Positions 20,913-31,151 of a DNA stretch of 64,000 bases are shown one piece after another. The notes under the pieces are model-generated. The model was not told the DNA's origin. It saw only the letters and a list, made by a program, of their open reading frames with translations, and ran no database searches. Each line of letters starts with the position of its first letter. Positions within the stretch are counted from its first letter, which is position 1. The position numbers and the translations under genes were made by a program. Origin of the DNA: Candidatus Aceula meridiana (GTDB taxonomy: Bacteria; Omnitrophota; Gorgyraeia; Zapsychrales; Aceulaceae); contig JAVCDE010000024.1 in assembly GCA_030765185.1 (NCBI GenBank), forward strand, positions 42,975 to 106,974. The letters run 5' to 3'.

Positions 20913-22199
20913 TTAACACCGCGCAACCAAGTCATATTCGTAGCTATCGACAATGGTGGCATTGACAAAATCACCGGGTTTTAGAATACGCCGTGAGCGA
21001 ACAAAAACAACACCATCGACATCAGGAGCGTCAAACTCACTTCGCCCAAGATAAAAGGTCTTTTCTCCCCTTTCCTTTTCATCGATCAAAATCTTTAACT
21101 TTTTCCCAATAAATCTTTTTAATTTCTTTCGAGAAATTCCCTGCTGAATCTCCATTAAGGCAGCATAACGCTCTTGCTTAATATCGTCAGGAACTTGATT
21201 CGGAAGTCGTGCCGCCCTCGTCCCCTCTTCCTTAGAATATGTAAAAACACCGACATGGTCAAATCCAAAATCTTTCACAAAAGAACAAAGCTGCTTAAAT
21301 TCCTTGTCTGTCTCACCTGGATAGCCAACAATAAAACTACTGCGAAGACTAATTCCAAAAATAATCTTACGAATTCTTTTTATCAAGTCAATCGTCTTTT
21401 TTTGAAAAAGCCCACGATTCATGCTCTTTAAAATTCTGTCGCTAATATGCTGCAAAGGCAAATCTAAATAACGGCAAATCTTTTCTTCACGTTTAATCGT
21501 ATTTAGAAGTTCGTCAGTAATATGCGCAGGATACGAATACAAAAGACGAATCCATTGCACGTTCTTTGCCTGCGCTGCGATACGCTCAAGCAAAGTGCTT
21601 AGATATTTTTCTTTATAAATATCTAAGCCATAGGCTGTGATATCTTGACCGATGATATTAATTTCTTTTATTTTCTTTTGGTCGAGAGTCTTCGCTTCAT
21701 TTAAAATTGATTCTACGTGGCGCGACGAAAACTTTCCCTTAATCTGCGGAATAACGCAAAAGCTACAATAATTATAACAACTCTCACAAATTTTCAAATA
21801 GGCAAAAGACTTTGGCGTCAGCTGCACAGACGGCGATATTTTCTTTCTTTCAAAAGGCAAAACCCCGTTAATAAAATCCACCTCTTTAAATTCAGCGGCG
21901 AGCTCCTTCGGATAACGCTCGGCAAAACATCCTAAAACAGCAATCTTTTGGATCTTCCCTCTTTTCTTTAGATCGACCAAGTCTAAAATCGTATCAATGG
22001 TCTCGTCTTTAGCATCACCGATAAAAGCACACGTATTCACGATGGCAACATCAGCTTTTTTGATATCGACAATCTGATGACCCTTCCTTTGAAGCTGCCC
22101 TAAAATAAGTTGAGAGTCGACAAGATTTCTTGCGCAGCCTAAATTGATTAGACCTATACGGGAAGGTTTTAATTTTTTAAAAAAGATAGGACTTCTCAC
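20913..22199 (-). CDS. rimO: Ribosomal protein S12 methylthiotransferase RimO
   Basis: LGCARNLVDS, VNTCAFI, CxxxCxxC (CYNYCSFC), IVGYPGET, DAPDVDG TRAM domain. Confidence 0.92.
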   Translation of the reverse strand: MRSPIFFKKLKPSRIGLINLGCARNLVDSQLILGQLQRKGHQIVDIKKADVAIVNTCAFIGDAKDETIDTILDLVDLKKRGKIQKIAVLGCFAERYPKELAAEFKEVDFINGVLPFERKKISPSVQLTPKSFAYLKICESCYNYCSFCVIPQIKGKFSSRHVESILNEAKTLDQKKIKEINIIGQDITAYGLDIYKEKYLSTLLERIAAQAKNVQWIRLLYSYPAHITDELLNTIKREEKICRYLDLPLQHISDRILKSMNRGLFQKKTIDLIKRIRKIIFGISLRSSFIVGYPGETDKEFKQLCSFVKDFGFDHVGVFTYSKEEGTRAARLPNQVPDDIKQERYAALMEIQQGISRKKLKRFIGKKLKILIDEKERGEKTFYLGRSEFDAPDVDGVVFVRSRRILKPGDFVNATIVDSYEYDLVARC

Positions 22200-22217
22200 G
22201 GGATGTGATGTTTAAAA

Positions 22218-23045
22218 TTAATCTTTTATATAAAATCCACTTTTGGTAACAACAATGCTTTTAATATTCCGCGTCGTGTTGCCCAATGATGTTAAAATAC
22301 GGCCGTTGAGCTCAAGTTCTAGCTCTTTAATATTTTTGCCCGAAAGCTCAATCTTATCGTTGGCCTGCCAGCTCTCGGTGGTTCCGCGAGTAAACGTCCC
22401 TCGAAACACAACCTCTCCATCAACCTTAACGAGAAGCCAGCTTGCTTTTTGTGCACGAACAACTAAATTTACTCTTTTTGTAACTTTTACCGCTGGCGTG
22501 ACAGCAGACGCCTTTTTGATAGTCTCGGGTTTAGCCTTTTCTTCAACAGGCGCGGAAGGAATAACAATTTCTTTCTTTTTTATTACTTTCTTCTTTGATG
22601 CAATCGGCTGACTTATTTTTTTTGATGCTTCTACTCCTGAAGAAGCTTTCTTAACCACACACCCAACGATACGAATAAGAAGAAGAACTGCGATAGCAAC
22701 AAGTGTCCATTTAACAATCTGGCGCATTTGTTTTCGAGATAAATGAAAAAGGCTATCGTCATCCCAGAGTGTGCGTCCTCTATGAAATTTTGTTGGCTCA
22801 GGAATTTTTTCTGGTTTATAATCGTCGATAACTACAGAAAGATCTAGTTCAAGATAATTGGCATAAAGCTTCACAAATGCACGATAATAAAAATCCGTAA
22901 GCGTTCGAACTTTGTATCCCTCTTCAATAGCCTTGAGAGCATCTAAGGGAATTTTAGTAGCCTCGTGAATTGTATCAAGCGAAATCCCCTTAGCTTCACG
23001 AGTCTGCTTTAAAAGCTGTCCTTTTTCTAAGCGATCACTCATCAT
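22218..23045 (-). CDS. RodZ-like HTH + TM + DUF4115 protein
   Basis: GQLLKQTREAKGISL HTH, FVKLYANYL, TM, SWLLVKVDG; between ftsK and rimO. Confidence 0.82.
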   Translation of the reverse strand: MMSDRLEKGQLLKQTREAKGISLDTIHEATKIPLDALKAIEEGYKVRTLTDFYYRAFVKLYANYLELDLSVVIDDYKPEKIPEPTKFHRGRTLWDDDSLFHLSRKQMRQIVKWTLVAIAVLLLIRIVGCVVKKASSGVEASKKISQPIASKKKVIKKKEIVIPSAPVEEKAKPETIKKASAVTPAVKVTKRVNLVVRAQKASWLLVKVDGEVVFRGTFTRGTTESWQANDKIELSGKNIKELELELNGRILTSLGNTTRNIKSIVVTKSGFYIKD

Positions 23046-25245
23046 CTTGCTGCTCCTCATCCGGATTCATATTTTCCATAAGCCACTCTTCGCGATTAAC
23101 TAAAAGCTCACGAGCCTTACTTCCGCGATATGGTCCCACAATGCCCTCTTGTTCCATCATATCGACAAGACGCGCGGCACGCGTATAGCCTAACCGCATA
23201 CGGCGTTGCAAAATAGAAACAGAAGCCTGCCCTGTCTCAACAATAACTCGAACCGACTCATCATAAAGTTCATCTTTTTGTTGAGAAACACCTGCAGCAG
23301 AACTTGTCTGCTTTTTAATAATGCCTTCATCATATATTGGCTCTTGCTGAACTTTGATAAAATCAATCACTTTAGAAATCTCGTCATCAGAAACATAGCA
23401 ACATTGCCCACGGATAGGCTTAGCCTCGCCTGGTTTTAAAAAAAGCATGTCCCCTTTTCCTATTAAATTTTCTGCGCCGTTTGCATCCAAGACTGTACGA
23501 GAGTCAACTTTAGAAGCTACCTTAAAAGAAACACGCGCCGGGAAATTAGCCTTAATAACACCGGTAATAACATCGACCGATGGCCTCTGTGTGGCTAGCA
23601 CTAAATGAATACCAACAGCGCGGGAAAGTTGCGCTAGCCTCGTAATCGCGCTCTCAACCTCTTTAGGACAAATCTGCATCAAGTCAGCTAACTCATCAAT
23701 GACAACAACAATATACGGCATATTGTTATCTTTTTTATGGTAGTCAGCAATGTTTCGTGAACCTGTCTTTGCTAAACGATTGTAACGACTCTCCATTTCA
23801 CCAACAACCCAATGAAGCGCAGCAGTAACTTTTTTAGGATTTGTAACCGCAGGGCACAAACAATGAGGAATAGGATTATACTGACTAAGCTCAACCATCT
23901 TAGGATCAACCATCAAAAATTTAACTTCCTCAGGCGAATATTTAAAAAGCATCGAAAGAATAATACTGTTTAAGCAAACTGTCTTTCCTGCCCCTGTTGT
24001 TCCAGCAATTAAAAGATGTGGCATGTCAGCTAAATCAGCCACCATAGGTTTTCCTGCAGTATCTTTTCCTAAAGCTAATGTTAAGCGTGATTTATTAGAG
24101 CGAAAATTACTCTGCGAAAGAACATCCTTAAGAAAAACCATGCTTGACGAAAGATTAGGAACTTCAATGCCCACACGGTTTTTACCCGGAATAGGTGCCA
24201 AAATGCGAACGCTCTGCGCCTTCATTGCAAGAGCAATATCATCAGAAAGTGTTGTAATACGCTGAACTTTGACGCCGGGTGCTGGTTCAAGCTCGTAGCG
24301 GGTAATAACAGGTCCCCGCTCGATATCAACAACGCTAACGGTAACACCAAACTGCGCCAAAGTTTCCTCAAGCGTTTTAGCTCCAGACATCAAATCGCCC
24401 TCAAGTTTTTGTGAAGAAACTGGCGGCGGATCTAAAAGTAATTCTAAAGATGGCAGATGATACTCGCCTATAGGTTTGGGAGTATCTTTAACAACTGCCT
24501 CCTCCCTCGTTGGTGATTGTGCTACACGTATTTTTGGCTTCCCTAGGCCAAAGAGTGGCGACGGCTTAGACTCTTCTTTCTCAGTTTCAGACTTTGTGGA
24601 TTTTGTCTTTAATAATTTCTGAACTGCCTTCTCTTGGTTGGCCTTAGTCTTGACCTTAAGACGGGACGAAAGACTTTCTTCCCTCTCCTCTTTCTTATTC
24701 TGCAAATATTGAATAAATTTCTTTATGGAGTCAATAGCCTTTAGAATAAAGGGATAGACAAGAAATTCACCAATCACGATAGATGTCAAAACGGCTAACG
24801 TGCTTAGAATGATATACGTTCCTGTGCGCCCAAAATACTTAATAAGAAAGTCTGCAATCGTAATGCCAAGAATTCCGGCGCGGTCAAAACGCGTTTCATG
24901 AATTTGCGAACCTAACATACTAAACAAGGCGCTTACCACTGTAAAAATAACACCGAAGCTTGCAACCTTTGAGGCCGAAACTTCGATGTCTCGATTCGCA
25001 AATTTATTCCAACTCCAAAAGAATAAAAAGACAACGATAAAATAGGAACTGTATCCAATAACAAACAAAAGTGCCCCAGCTAAATATGCACCAAAAATAC
25101 GGATTAGATTTTCAGCAGGGACATTTGGGTGAGAAGTATACCACCAAAGATCCGACGGAGTAAATGAAACGAGACTGGCTAAAAGAATAAGTGCTGTCGC
25201 CAGTATCAGAATCGCTTTTATCTCATTTATGTACTGCGATTTCAT
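23035..25245 (-). CDS. ftsK: DNA translocase FtsK
   Basis: N-terminal TMs, PHLLIAGTTGAGKT, IDELADLM, ATQRPSVDVITG, gamma domain LQRRMRLGYTRAAR. Confidence 0.97.
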   Translation of the reverse strand: MKSQYINEIKAILILATALILLASLVSFTPSDLWWYTSHPNVPAENLIRIFGAYLAGALLFVIGYSSYFIVVFLFFWSWNKFANRDIEVSASKVASFGVIFTVVSALFSMLGSQIHETRFDRAGILGITIADFLIKYFGRTGTYIILSTLAVLTSIVIGEFLVYPFILKAIDSIKKFIQYLQNKKEEREESLSSRLKVKTKANQEKAVQKLLKTKSTKSETEKEESKPSPLFGLGKPKIRVAQSPTREEAVVKDTPKPIGEYHLPSLELLLDPPPVSSQKLEGDLMSGAKTLEETLAQFGVTVSVVDIERGPVITRYELEPAPGVKVQRITTLSDDIALAMKAQSVRILAPIPGKNRVGIEVPNLSSSMVFLKDVLSQSNFRSNKSRLTLALGKDTAGKPMVADLADMPHLLIAGTTGAGKTVCLNSIILSMLFKYSPEEVKFLMVDPKMVELSQYNPIPHCLCPAVTNPKKVTAALHWVVGEMESRYNRLAKTGSRNIADYHKKDNNMPYIVVVIDELADLMQICPKEVESAITRLAQLSRAVGIHLVLATQRPSVDVITGVIKANFPARVSFKVASKVDSRTVLDANGAENLIGKGDMLFLKPGEAKPIRGQCCYVSDDEISKVIDFIKVQQEPIYDEGIIKKQTSSAAGVSQQKDELYDESVRVIVETGQASVSILQRRMRLGYTRAARLVDMMEQEGIVGPYRGSKARELLVNREEWLMENMNPDEEQQDDE

Positions 25246-27338
25246 TCGGCTTGTTTTTTACTTAAGTTCACTCTTTTCTGATCATCAATCTTAAGAAGCT
25301 TAACCTTGAAGCGGTCTCCAACCTTAACAGCAGACTCAACGTCCTTAAGATATTCGTTTGAAAGTTCGGAAACGTGAACTAACCCTTCTTTACCTGGAAG
25401 AAACTCACAGAAGGCACCAAAATTCATGACCTTCTTAACAACAGCGTCATAAATTTTCCCAATTTCTGGATCCTGGGTAATGCCTTTTACAATTGCAACA
25501 GCTTTTTCGCAAGATGCCGCATCCGGCGATGAAATAAAAACTTTTCCATCATCAGAGATATCGATTGCAGCCTCTGTATCGGCAATAATTTTTTTAATCA
25601 CGCGCCCCCCTGGTCCAATAACCTCCCCGATTTTAGAAGGATCAATCTGAAGCTCAACAATCTTTGGAGCATATTCAGAAACCTTTTCACGAGAAGAAGG
25701 CAAAGCTGCATGCATTTTATCAAGAATTTCAAAACGCGCTTTCTTTGACTGCGCGAATGCTTTCTCTAAAATTTCCATGCTGATTCCATTAATCTTTAAA
25801 TCAAGCTGAATAGCAGTAACGCCTTTACGTGTTCCAGCGACTTTAAAATCCATATCGCCAAAATGATCTTCAACGCCTAAAATATCCGTTAAAAGAACTG
25901 CTCTATCTTTATCTGTAACAAGTCCAATCGAAATGCCCGCAACCGGATCTTTGATCGGTACACCAGCATCCATCAAGCAGAGCGTTCCAGCACAGACAGT
26001 TGCCATGCTTGAAGAACCGTTAGACTCTAAAATTTCAGAAACAATGCGCACCGTATAAGGAAAATCTTCCCTTTCCGGAATAATCGCGCACAAAGCTTTT
26101 TCCGCTAAAGCACCATGGCCAATTTCTCGACGGCCGGGTCCTCGCATTGGACGAGTTTCTCCAACGCTAAACGACGGAAAATTATAATGTAGCATAAAAG
26201 ATTTATAAGTTTTTCCAATTAACGCATCAATCATCTGCTCATCGCTTCGCGTCCCTAAGGTTGCGATCGATAAACTCTGTGTCTGCCCACGAGTAAAAAG
26301 AGCTGACCCATGTGTTCGAGGCATAATGCCAACTTCACAACTAATAGGACGAACATCCTCAACACCACGTCCATCGATGCGTCGATTTTCTTCTAAAACA
26401 ACCTTACGGAGCTCTTCAGCTTCAATCTCTTCTAAAGCCGCTTTAATGGCAGATGCAGGAACTTCATCCGCATCACCTTTGAATTCTTCAAAAACTGAAA
26501 CATCACTCAAAAGCTCTTTAGCAAGATCACTAGCCGCAGTTTGACGTTCGTCTTTATCTGCAATTTTATAAATCTCTTTAAACTTCGCTGAAGCAAGACT
26601 GCGAACTTTATCAACTAAAGCTGGATTAACTTCACTTAATTCAACATCAGCTTTTGCCTTTCCGATGTTTTTTGCAAGTTCCTCTTGCATCGTGATAAGC
26701 GCTTGTAGCTTCTCGGAAGCAAATGTAACAGCCTTCAAGACTGTTTCTTCCGCAACTTCCTGAGAATCGCCTTCGATCATTACAATTCCTTCTTTAGATC
26801 CAACAACCGCTAAATCAAGAGGGCTTCCCTCTCTCTGAGTAAACGTTGGATTAAGAACAAGCTCGTCATCAACCATTCCAACGCGTACCGCACCAACTGG
26901 GCCAGCAAAAGGAATATTTGAAATCATTAAAGCGGTTGATGCGCCGATCAACCCTAAAAGATCAGAAGCATTTTCACTATCGCTGCTTAAGACAAGAGAA
27001 ACAATTTGAACGCTGTTAAAAAATCCTTTTGGAAAAAGCGGTCGAATTGGCCTGTCGATAAAACGTGCAGCTAAAATCTCATCCTGAGAAGGTCTTCCTT
27101 CTCGTTTAAAAAATCCACCAGGAATTTTCCCGGCAGCATAAGTCTTTTCTTGATATTCAACCGTTAAAGGAAAAAATCCTAAATCCTTCTTAGATTCTTT
27201 TGACATACACGCAGTCACAAGAACAACGGTTCCACCGCATGTAACGGTGACGGCTCCACCAGCTTGCCTAGCAAGCTTTCCTGTTTCAATAATAATATTC
27301 TGATCCCCGAAAGGAACTTCTATTCGTTCGGTCTTCAT
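25242..27338 (-). CDS. pnp: Polyribonucleotide nucleotidyltransferase
   Basis: FFPLTVEYQEK, RREIGHGALAE, ESNGSSSMA, GDMDFKVAG, KH and S1 domains. Confidence 0.98.
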   Translation of the reverse strand: MKTERIEVPFGDQNIIIETGKLARQAGGAVTVTCGGTVVLVTACMSKESKKDLGFFPLTVEYQEKTYAAGKIPGGFFKREGRPSQDEILAARFIDRPIRPLFPKGFFNSVQIVSLVLSSDSENASDLLGLIGASTALMISNIPFAGPVGAVRVGMVDDELVLNPTFTQREGSPLDLAVVGSKEGIVMIEGDSQEVAEETVLKAVTFASEKLQALITMQEELAKNIGKAKADVELSEVNPALVDKVRSLASAKFKEIYKIADKDERQTAASDLAKELLSDVSVFEEFKGDADEVPASAIKAALEEIEAEELRKVVLEENRRIDGRGVEDVRPISCEVGIMPRTHGSALFTRGQTQSLSIATLGTRSDEQMIDALIGKTYKSFMLHYNFPSFSVGETRPMRGPGRREIGHGALAEKALCAIIPEREDFPYTVRIVSEILESNGSSSMATVCAGTLCLMDAGVPIKDPVAGISIGLVTDKDRAVLLTDILGVEDHFGDMDFKVAGTRKGVTAIQLDLKINGISMEILEKAFAQSKKARFEILDKMHAALPSSREKVSEYAPKIVELQIDPSKIGEVIGPGGRVIKKIIADTEAAIDISDDGKVFISSPDAASCEKAVAIVKGITQDPEIGKIYDAVVKKVMNFGAFCEFLPGKEGLVHVSELSNEYLKDVESAVKVGDRFKVKLLKIDDQKRVNLSKKQAE

Positions 27339-27346
27339 TGACAACC

Positions 27347-27616
27347 TCACTTACGTAATTTTAATTTTTTGATAGTTTCTTCGTATTTTTGGGGATTTTT
27401 TTGCTTTAAAAAGGCAATATGACGCCTTCTGGCGCCAATCATCATCAAAAGACCACGGCGAGAATGAAAATCCTTTTTATGAACTTTCAAATGTTCGGCT
27501 AATTCATTAATCCGCTGAGTCAAAAGCGCAATCTGAACAACTGAAGATCCGGTGTCTTTTGCGTGAACCTTAAAGCTATCAATTAGTTCTGTTTTCTTTT
27601 CTTTTAGTAACGACAA
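27347..27616 (-). CDS. rpsO: 30S ribosomal protein S15
   Basis: DTGSS.VQIALLT.RI..L.EH...HKKDFHSRRGL; TTG start behind AGGAGG. Confidence 0.97.
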   Translation of the reverse strand: MSLLKEKKTELIDSFKVHAKDTGSSVVQIALLTQRINELAEHLKVHKKDFHSRRGLLMMIGARRRHIAFLKQKNPQKYEETIKKLKLRK

Positions 27617-27682
27617 TTTTAACTTCCTCCTTCTCCTGGTTTATATCCTACGCTATTATGTACTTTTCTTTAAAGTTTGGGC

Positions 27683-27711
27683 ATTATACTAGTTATATTA
27701 ATATTAGTCAA
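27683..27711 (-). promoter_or_regulatory. Sigma70 promoter of rpsO-pnp
   Basis: TTGACT-17 nt-TATAAT. Confidence 0.75.
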
Positions 27712-27735
27712 GTAAAGAGATGGAAGGCAACAAAA

Positions 27736-28743
27736 CTATTCCTGCAGAGCCCTCACACAATTGCGGCCATCAGCCTTGGCTTGATACAGGGCTTTATCAG
27801 CCAAATGAATAAAATCTTTAGTTGTTTTAGCCTTATTGATAGGATAGGATGTCACCCCGATACTTAAGGTATTGCTAATAATAACTTTCGGGGTGAGTTT
27901 AAATTTCTTGCCAAAAACACTCTCTCGAATACGCTCAGCAGCAACATGAGCGCCCTCCTTTTCAGTGCCGCCTAAGATGACCAAAAATTCATCTCCTCCA
28001 TAACGGCCAATTAAATCTGTCGTACGTAACAATTTTTTTAGAAAAATTGCCACTTGTTTAAGCATTTTATCGCCAATTTGATGACCAAAATTATCATTAA
28101 TCGGCTTAAAATAATCAATATCAATCATCAAGCAAGCCATTGGCTCATTATAACGCCGGCAGCGACTAAATTCTTCATCAAACCGATTTGTAATAGATTT
28201 ATGATTTAAAAGACCTGTCAAGCTATCTTCTCGAGCAACACGCTTGAGATAATTCTCTTTTTTCTTACGTCTGGTAATATCTTCAATAGTCACAATAATA
28301 CGAGAAAGAGCTTCTTCATCTTCATCTAACACAGCAACGCGAAGCCAAAGCTCATATCTCTTGCGATCTGCCCCTTGAGTTTTAAATTCTTTTTCAAAAA
28401 TTTTATCACCACTTGTAAGGGCAACAAACTCATCAATCAATACAAGGATGTCATTTTTAGTAAGTGTCTTACCAAAACGCTGTAAAAGCTCTTTCTTAGT
28501 TTTTGCTCCATAAAGATTAAGAGCAGCTTTATTTACATCAAGAACTTTTATCCCCTTGAAGGCACATTCAACAAGCTGCGAATTTTTAAGAAGATACTTG
28601 CGATAATTAATAACTTCCTGCTTCTTCAATTGTTCCAAAAGCTTCGCAAAACACGAAACATCCTCTTCCCATATCCCGATGGGTGAATTCTCAAAAATAA
28701 GCCTAAGCCTCTCGTACTCTTTATTATTATTCTTTATAGCCAT
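27736..28743 (-). CDS. PAS-GGDEF diguanylate cyclase
   Basis: FENSPIGIWEED PAS start, DSLTGLLN, DIDYFK.IND.FGH, RxxD I-site (RTTD), RYGGDEF. Confidence 0.92.
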   Translation of the reverse strand: MAIKNNNKEYERLRLIFENSPIGIWEEDVSCFAKLLEQLKKQEVINYRKYLLKNSQLVECAFKGIKVLDVNKAALNLYGAKTKKELLQRFGKTLTKNDILVLIDEFVALTSGDKIFEKEFKTQGADRKRYELWLRVAVLDEDEEALSRIIVTIEDITRRKKKENYLKRVAREDSLTGLLNHKSITNRFDEEFSRCRRYNEPMACLMIDIDYFKPINDNFGHQIGDKMLKQVAIFLKKLLRTTDLIGRYGGDEFLVILGGTEKEGAHVAAERIRESVFGKKFKLTPKVIISNTLSIGVTSYPINKAKTTKDFIHLADKALYQAKADGRNCVRALQE

Positions 28744-28757
28744 AATATCTCTTAATT

Positions 28758-30416
28758 CTAAATCTTCTCTATCCTTAGTATATATTTTCCACCGATTTCT
28801 TTAAAGAAAATTATTCTAAATTTTCCTTTTGTAATCCATTCTAAATCTTCTTTTTGGTTCTTCTTCACGATGCAATATGTATAAGGGCGCTCATTTAAGA
28901 AATCAATCACAGCCCCCGGTGAGCTCAAAAAAGGAATTGAATAGTGAGGACTAAAATACCCTTTTCCATTAATATCGATAACAGCAACAGGACGATCAGT
29001 GTAATAGCGAACACCTCTTGCATAAAATTTACTTGATAAAATAGGATTAGAACTATTATCAATTGTCTTAAAAACATCACAAATTTTCTTACACGATACC
29101 CAGGGCTCAGCGTAGTTGTAGCCAAAAATAAGAGCAACGAGCAGACAAACCGGGATAAGCGCTGTGACAACAAAAATCTTAACAATTTTCCGATGAATCA
29201 TTGCCCATAGAAACACCAGTCCACAAATAAAAATTAACACCGCAAAAACATCAGCCGAGGTAGTACTCTTTAAAATATCCTGATAGCGCCTTGCAAAAAA
29301 CATAGCAGCAAGCCCACCGATGATAAGAACAGCCGAAAAAGGATACCCAAAAAAACTTGTCAGTTTACCAAAAGTTTTTGGCTCTTTTAGTAATTGTGCA
29401 AAGTAAAATCCTAAACAAATAGCAATCGCTGGAAAGACAGGAAAAATATAACTTGCTAACTTAGACTGAGCAACTTGCATCAAAAACCAAACAAGCGCAA
29501 TCCAGATACCGAGAAAAACAAAAATACCTCTCTCGGAAACTTTAGATCGTAAATTTCTAGAAATTGCACTTCCTGCTGGAATCACAAAAAATGTCCACGG
29601 GAAAATACCAGCTGCCATCGTCATAAAATAAAAATACCAGGTGTTACTTTTTTGATGCTCAGCAACAAAAATACGGCGTACATGAACGTTATACCAGTAT
29701 TCTTCAATAAACACTTTTCCATAAAGCTTAATCATGACAACATGCCAAGGAACAGAGATGACAAGAAATGCTAAAAACCCAAAAAATGTTGCGCGACAAA
29801 ACAAAAATTTTATATCTCGTTTATACAACAAGAAAAAAACTATCGTTCCAAAAGGAAAAATAAAACCAAGGATACCTTTTGTCAAAACAGCAATCGCGCA
29901 AGACGAAAGACAAAGAATAAGCCCGACGCTCTTTCGAGATGGTACGCTATAGGCCCAATAAAAAAGTGCTAACGCCAAAACAATCCAGACAGAAAAAACC
30001 ATATCTGTCAAAACAGCACGCGAAAGGGCAAGCCATATAAAGCTAGTTGATAAGACAACTCCTGAAAAAAAAGCAGTTTTCTTATCTCGAAACAAAAGCC
30101 ACGCCATCCAATAAGTAATCAAAACACCAAGTATTCCAAAGAGGGCCGGAATAAAACGCGCCCCGAAAGCTGTCATGCCAAATAATTTCATGGCAAGAAT
30201 TAAAAGCCAATAAGTAAAAATTGGCTTCTCAAACTGCGGAGCATCGAAGATATAGGGTGTCGCCCAACTATTCGTAAGCATCATCTCTTTTGCTGTTTGA
30301 ACATAAAAAACCTCATCCGGATGCGTCAGGCTAATAGCCCCATTTCCTAACATCAAAGTAAAGAATGAAATTCCGAGCAAGATAAGAATTAATTTTCGAT
30401 GGCTCATCTGATTCAC
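28758..30416 (-). CDS. ArnT/PMT-like GT-C (GT39/GT83) glycosyltransferase
   Basis: DE.FY..TAKEM, FEKP, LTKG, PW, YIFP; many TM helices. Confidence 0.88.
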   Translation of the reverse strand: MNQMSHRKLILILLGISFFTLMLGNGAISLTHPDEVFYVQTAKEMMLTNSWATPYIFDAPQFEKPIFTYWLLILAMKLFGMTAFGARFIPALFGILGVLITYWMAWLLFRDKKTAFFSGVVLSTSFIWLALSRAVLTDMVFSVWIVLALALFYWAYSVPSRKSVGLILCLSSCAIAVLTKGILGFIFPFGTIVFFLLYKRDIKFLFCRATFFGFLAFLVISVPWHVVMIKLYGKVFIEEYWYNVHVRRIFVAEHQKSNTWYFYFMTMAAGIFPWTFFVIPAGSAISRNLRSKVSERGIFVFLGIWIALVWFLMQVAQSKLASYIFPVFPAIAICLGFYFAQLLKEPKTFGKLTSFFGYPFSAVLIIGGLAAMFFARRYQDILKSTTSADVFAVLIFICGLVFLWAMIHRKIVKIFVVTALIPVCLLVALIFGYNYAEPWVSCKKICDVFKTIDNSSNPILSSKFYARGVRYYTDRPVAVIDINGKGYFSPHYSIPFLSSPGAVIDFLNERPYTYCIVKKNQKEDLEWITKGKFRIIFFKEIGGKYILRIEKI

Positions 30417-31145
30417 TTATTGCCCCTCCCCTTTAATTAATTGATCAACGGTAACAAATTCAAATCCCCTTTTATCAAGCTCCCTCGCAAGAAGCGGAAT
30501 CGTCGCAACTGTTTGAGACCGATCGCCTCCTTCAGCCTTTAAAACCCCTCCGCTATCGTGAAAAAGAAGAATGTCGCCACTCTTAACACGCTTAGAGATA
30601 ACATTCACAATGCGCCTTGCGTCAAAGGTAACCCAATCTTTTGAATTTAAAGACCACAGGACAACTTCATAGCCCATGCCTTTAATTTTTTTCTTAATAG
30701 ATCCGCGTAACCAAGCCTTCGGAGGACGAAAATATTTCGTTGTGCGCCCAGTCACTTGCTCAATAATATGCTCAGTATATTTAATCTCTTCTTCAATTTC
30801 TTCTGGACGATAATAAAATAAAACATTATGGGCATAACCATGATTTTCAATCTCATGACCTTCTTCAGCAACCTTACGCGCCACTTCCGGATACAATTTA
30901 ACATGACGCCCACCCATAAAAAATGTTGCCTTGATGCCTTCTTTTTTTAATTCATACAAAATCTGAGAAGTCCAAATTGGTGATGGTCCATCATCAAATG
31001 TTAAAGCAACTTTCTTTTTCTCTGTTTTAACGCGGTAAAGTGTTCCTCGGCGAGTCAAAATAGCTTGATCAAAGAAAACACAGAAATAAAATATCCCTGC
31101 GCCAATAAAAAGAAAAACAAATAAAGTAAGAATAATCCAGGACAT
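30417..31145 (-). CDS. Polysaccharide deacetylase (CE4/NodB), membrane anchored
   Basis: LTFDDGP, KATFF, NHGYAH, FRPP, DW, ILLFHD. Confidence 0.9.
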   Translation of the reverse strand: MSWIILTLFVFLFIGAGIFYFCVFFDQAILTRRGTLYRVKTEKKKVALTFDDGPSPIWTSQILYELKKEGIKATFFMGGRHVKLYPEVARKVAEEGHEIENHGYAHNVLFYYRPEEIEEEIKYTEHIIEQVTGRTTKYFRPPKAWLRGSIKKKIKGMGYEVVLWSLNSKDWVTFDARRIVNVISKRVKSGDILLFHDSGGVLKAEGGDRSQTVATIPLLARELDKRGFEFVTVDQLIKGEGQ

Positions 31146-31151
31146 ATGTTT

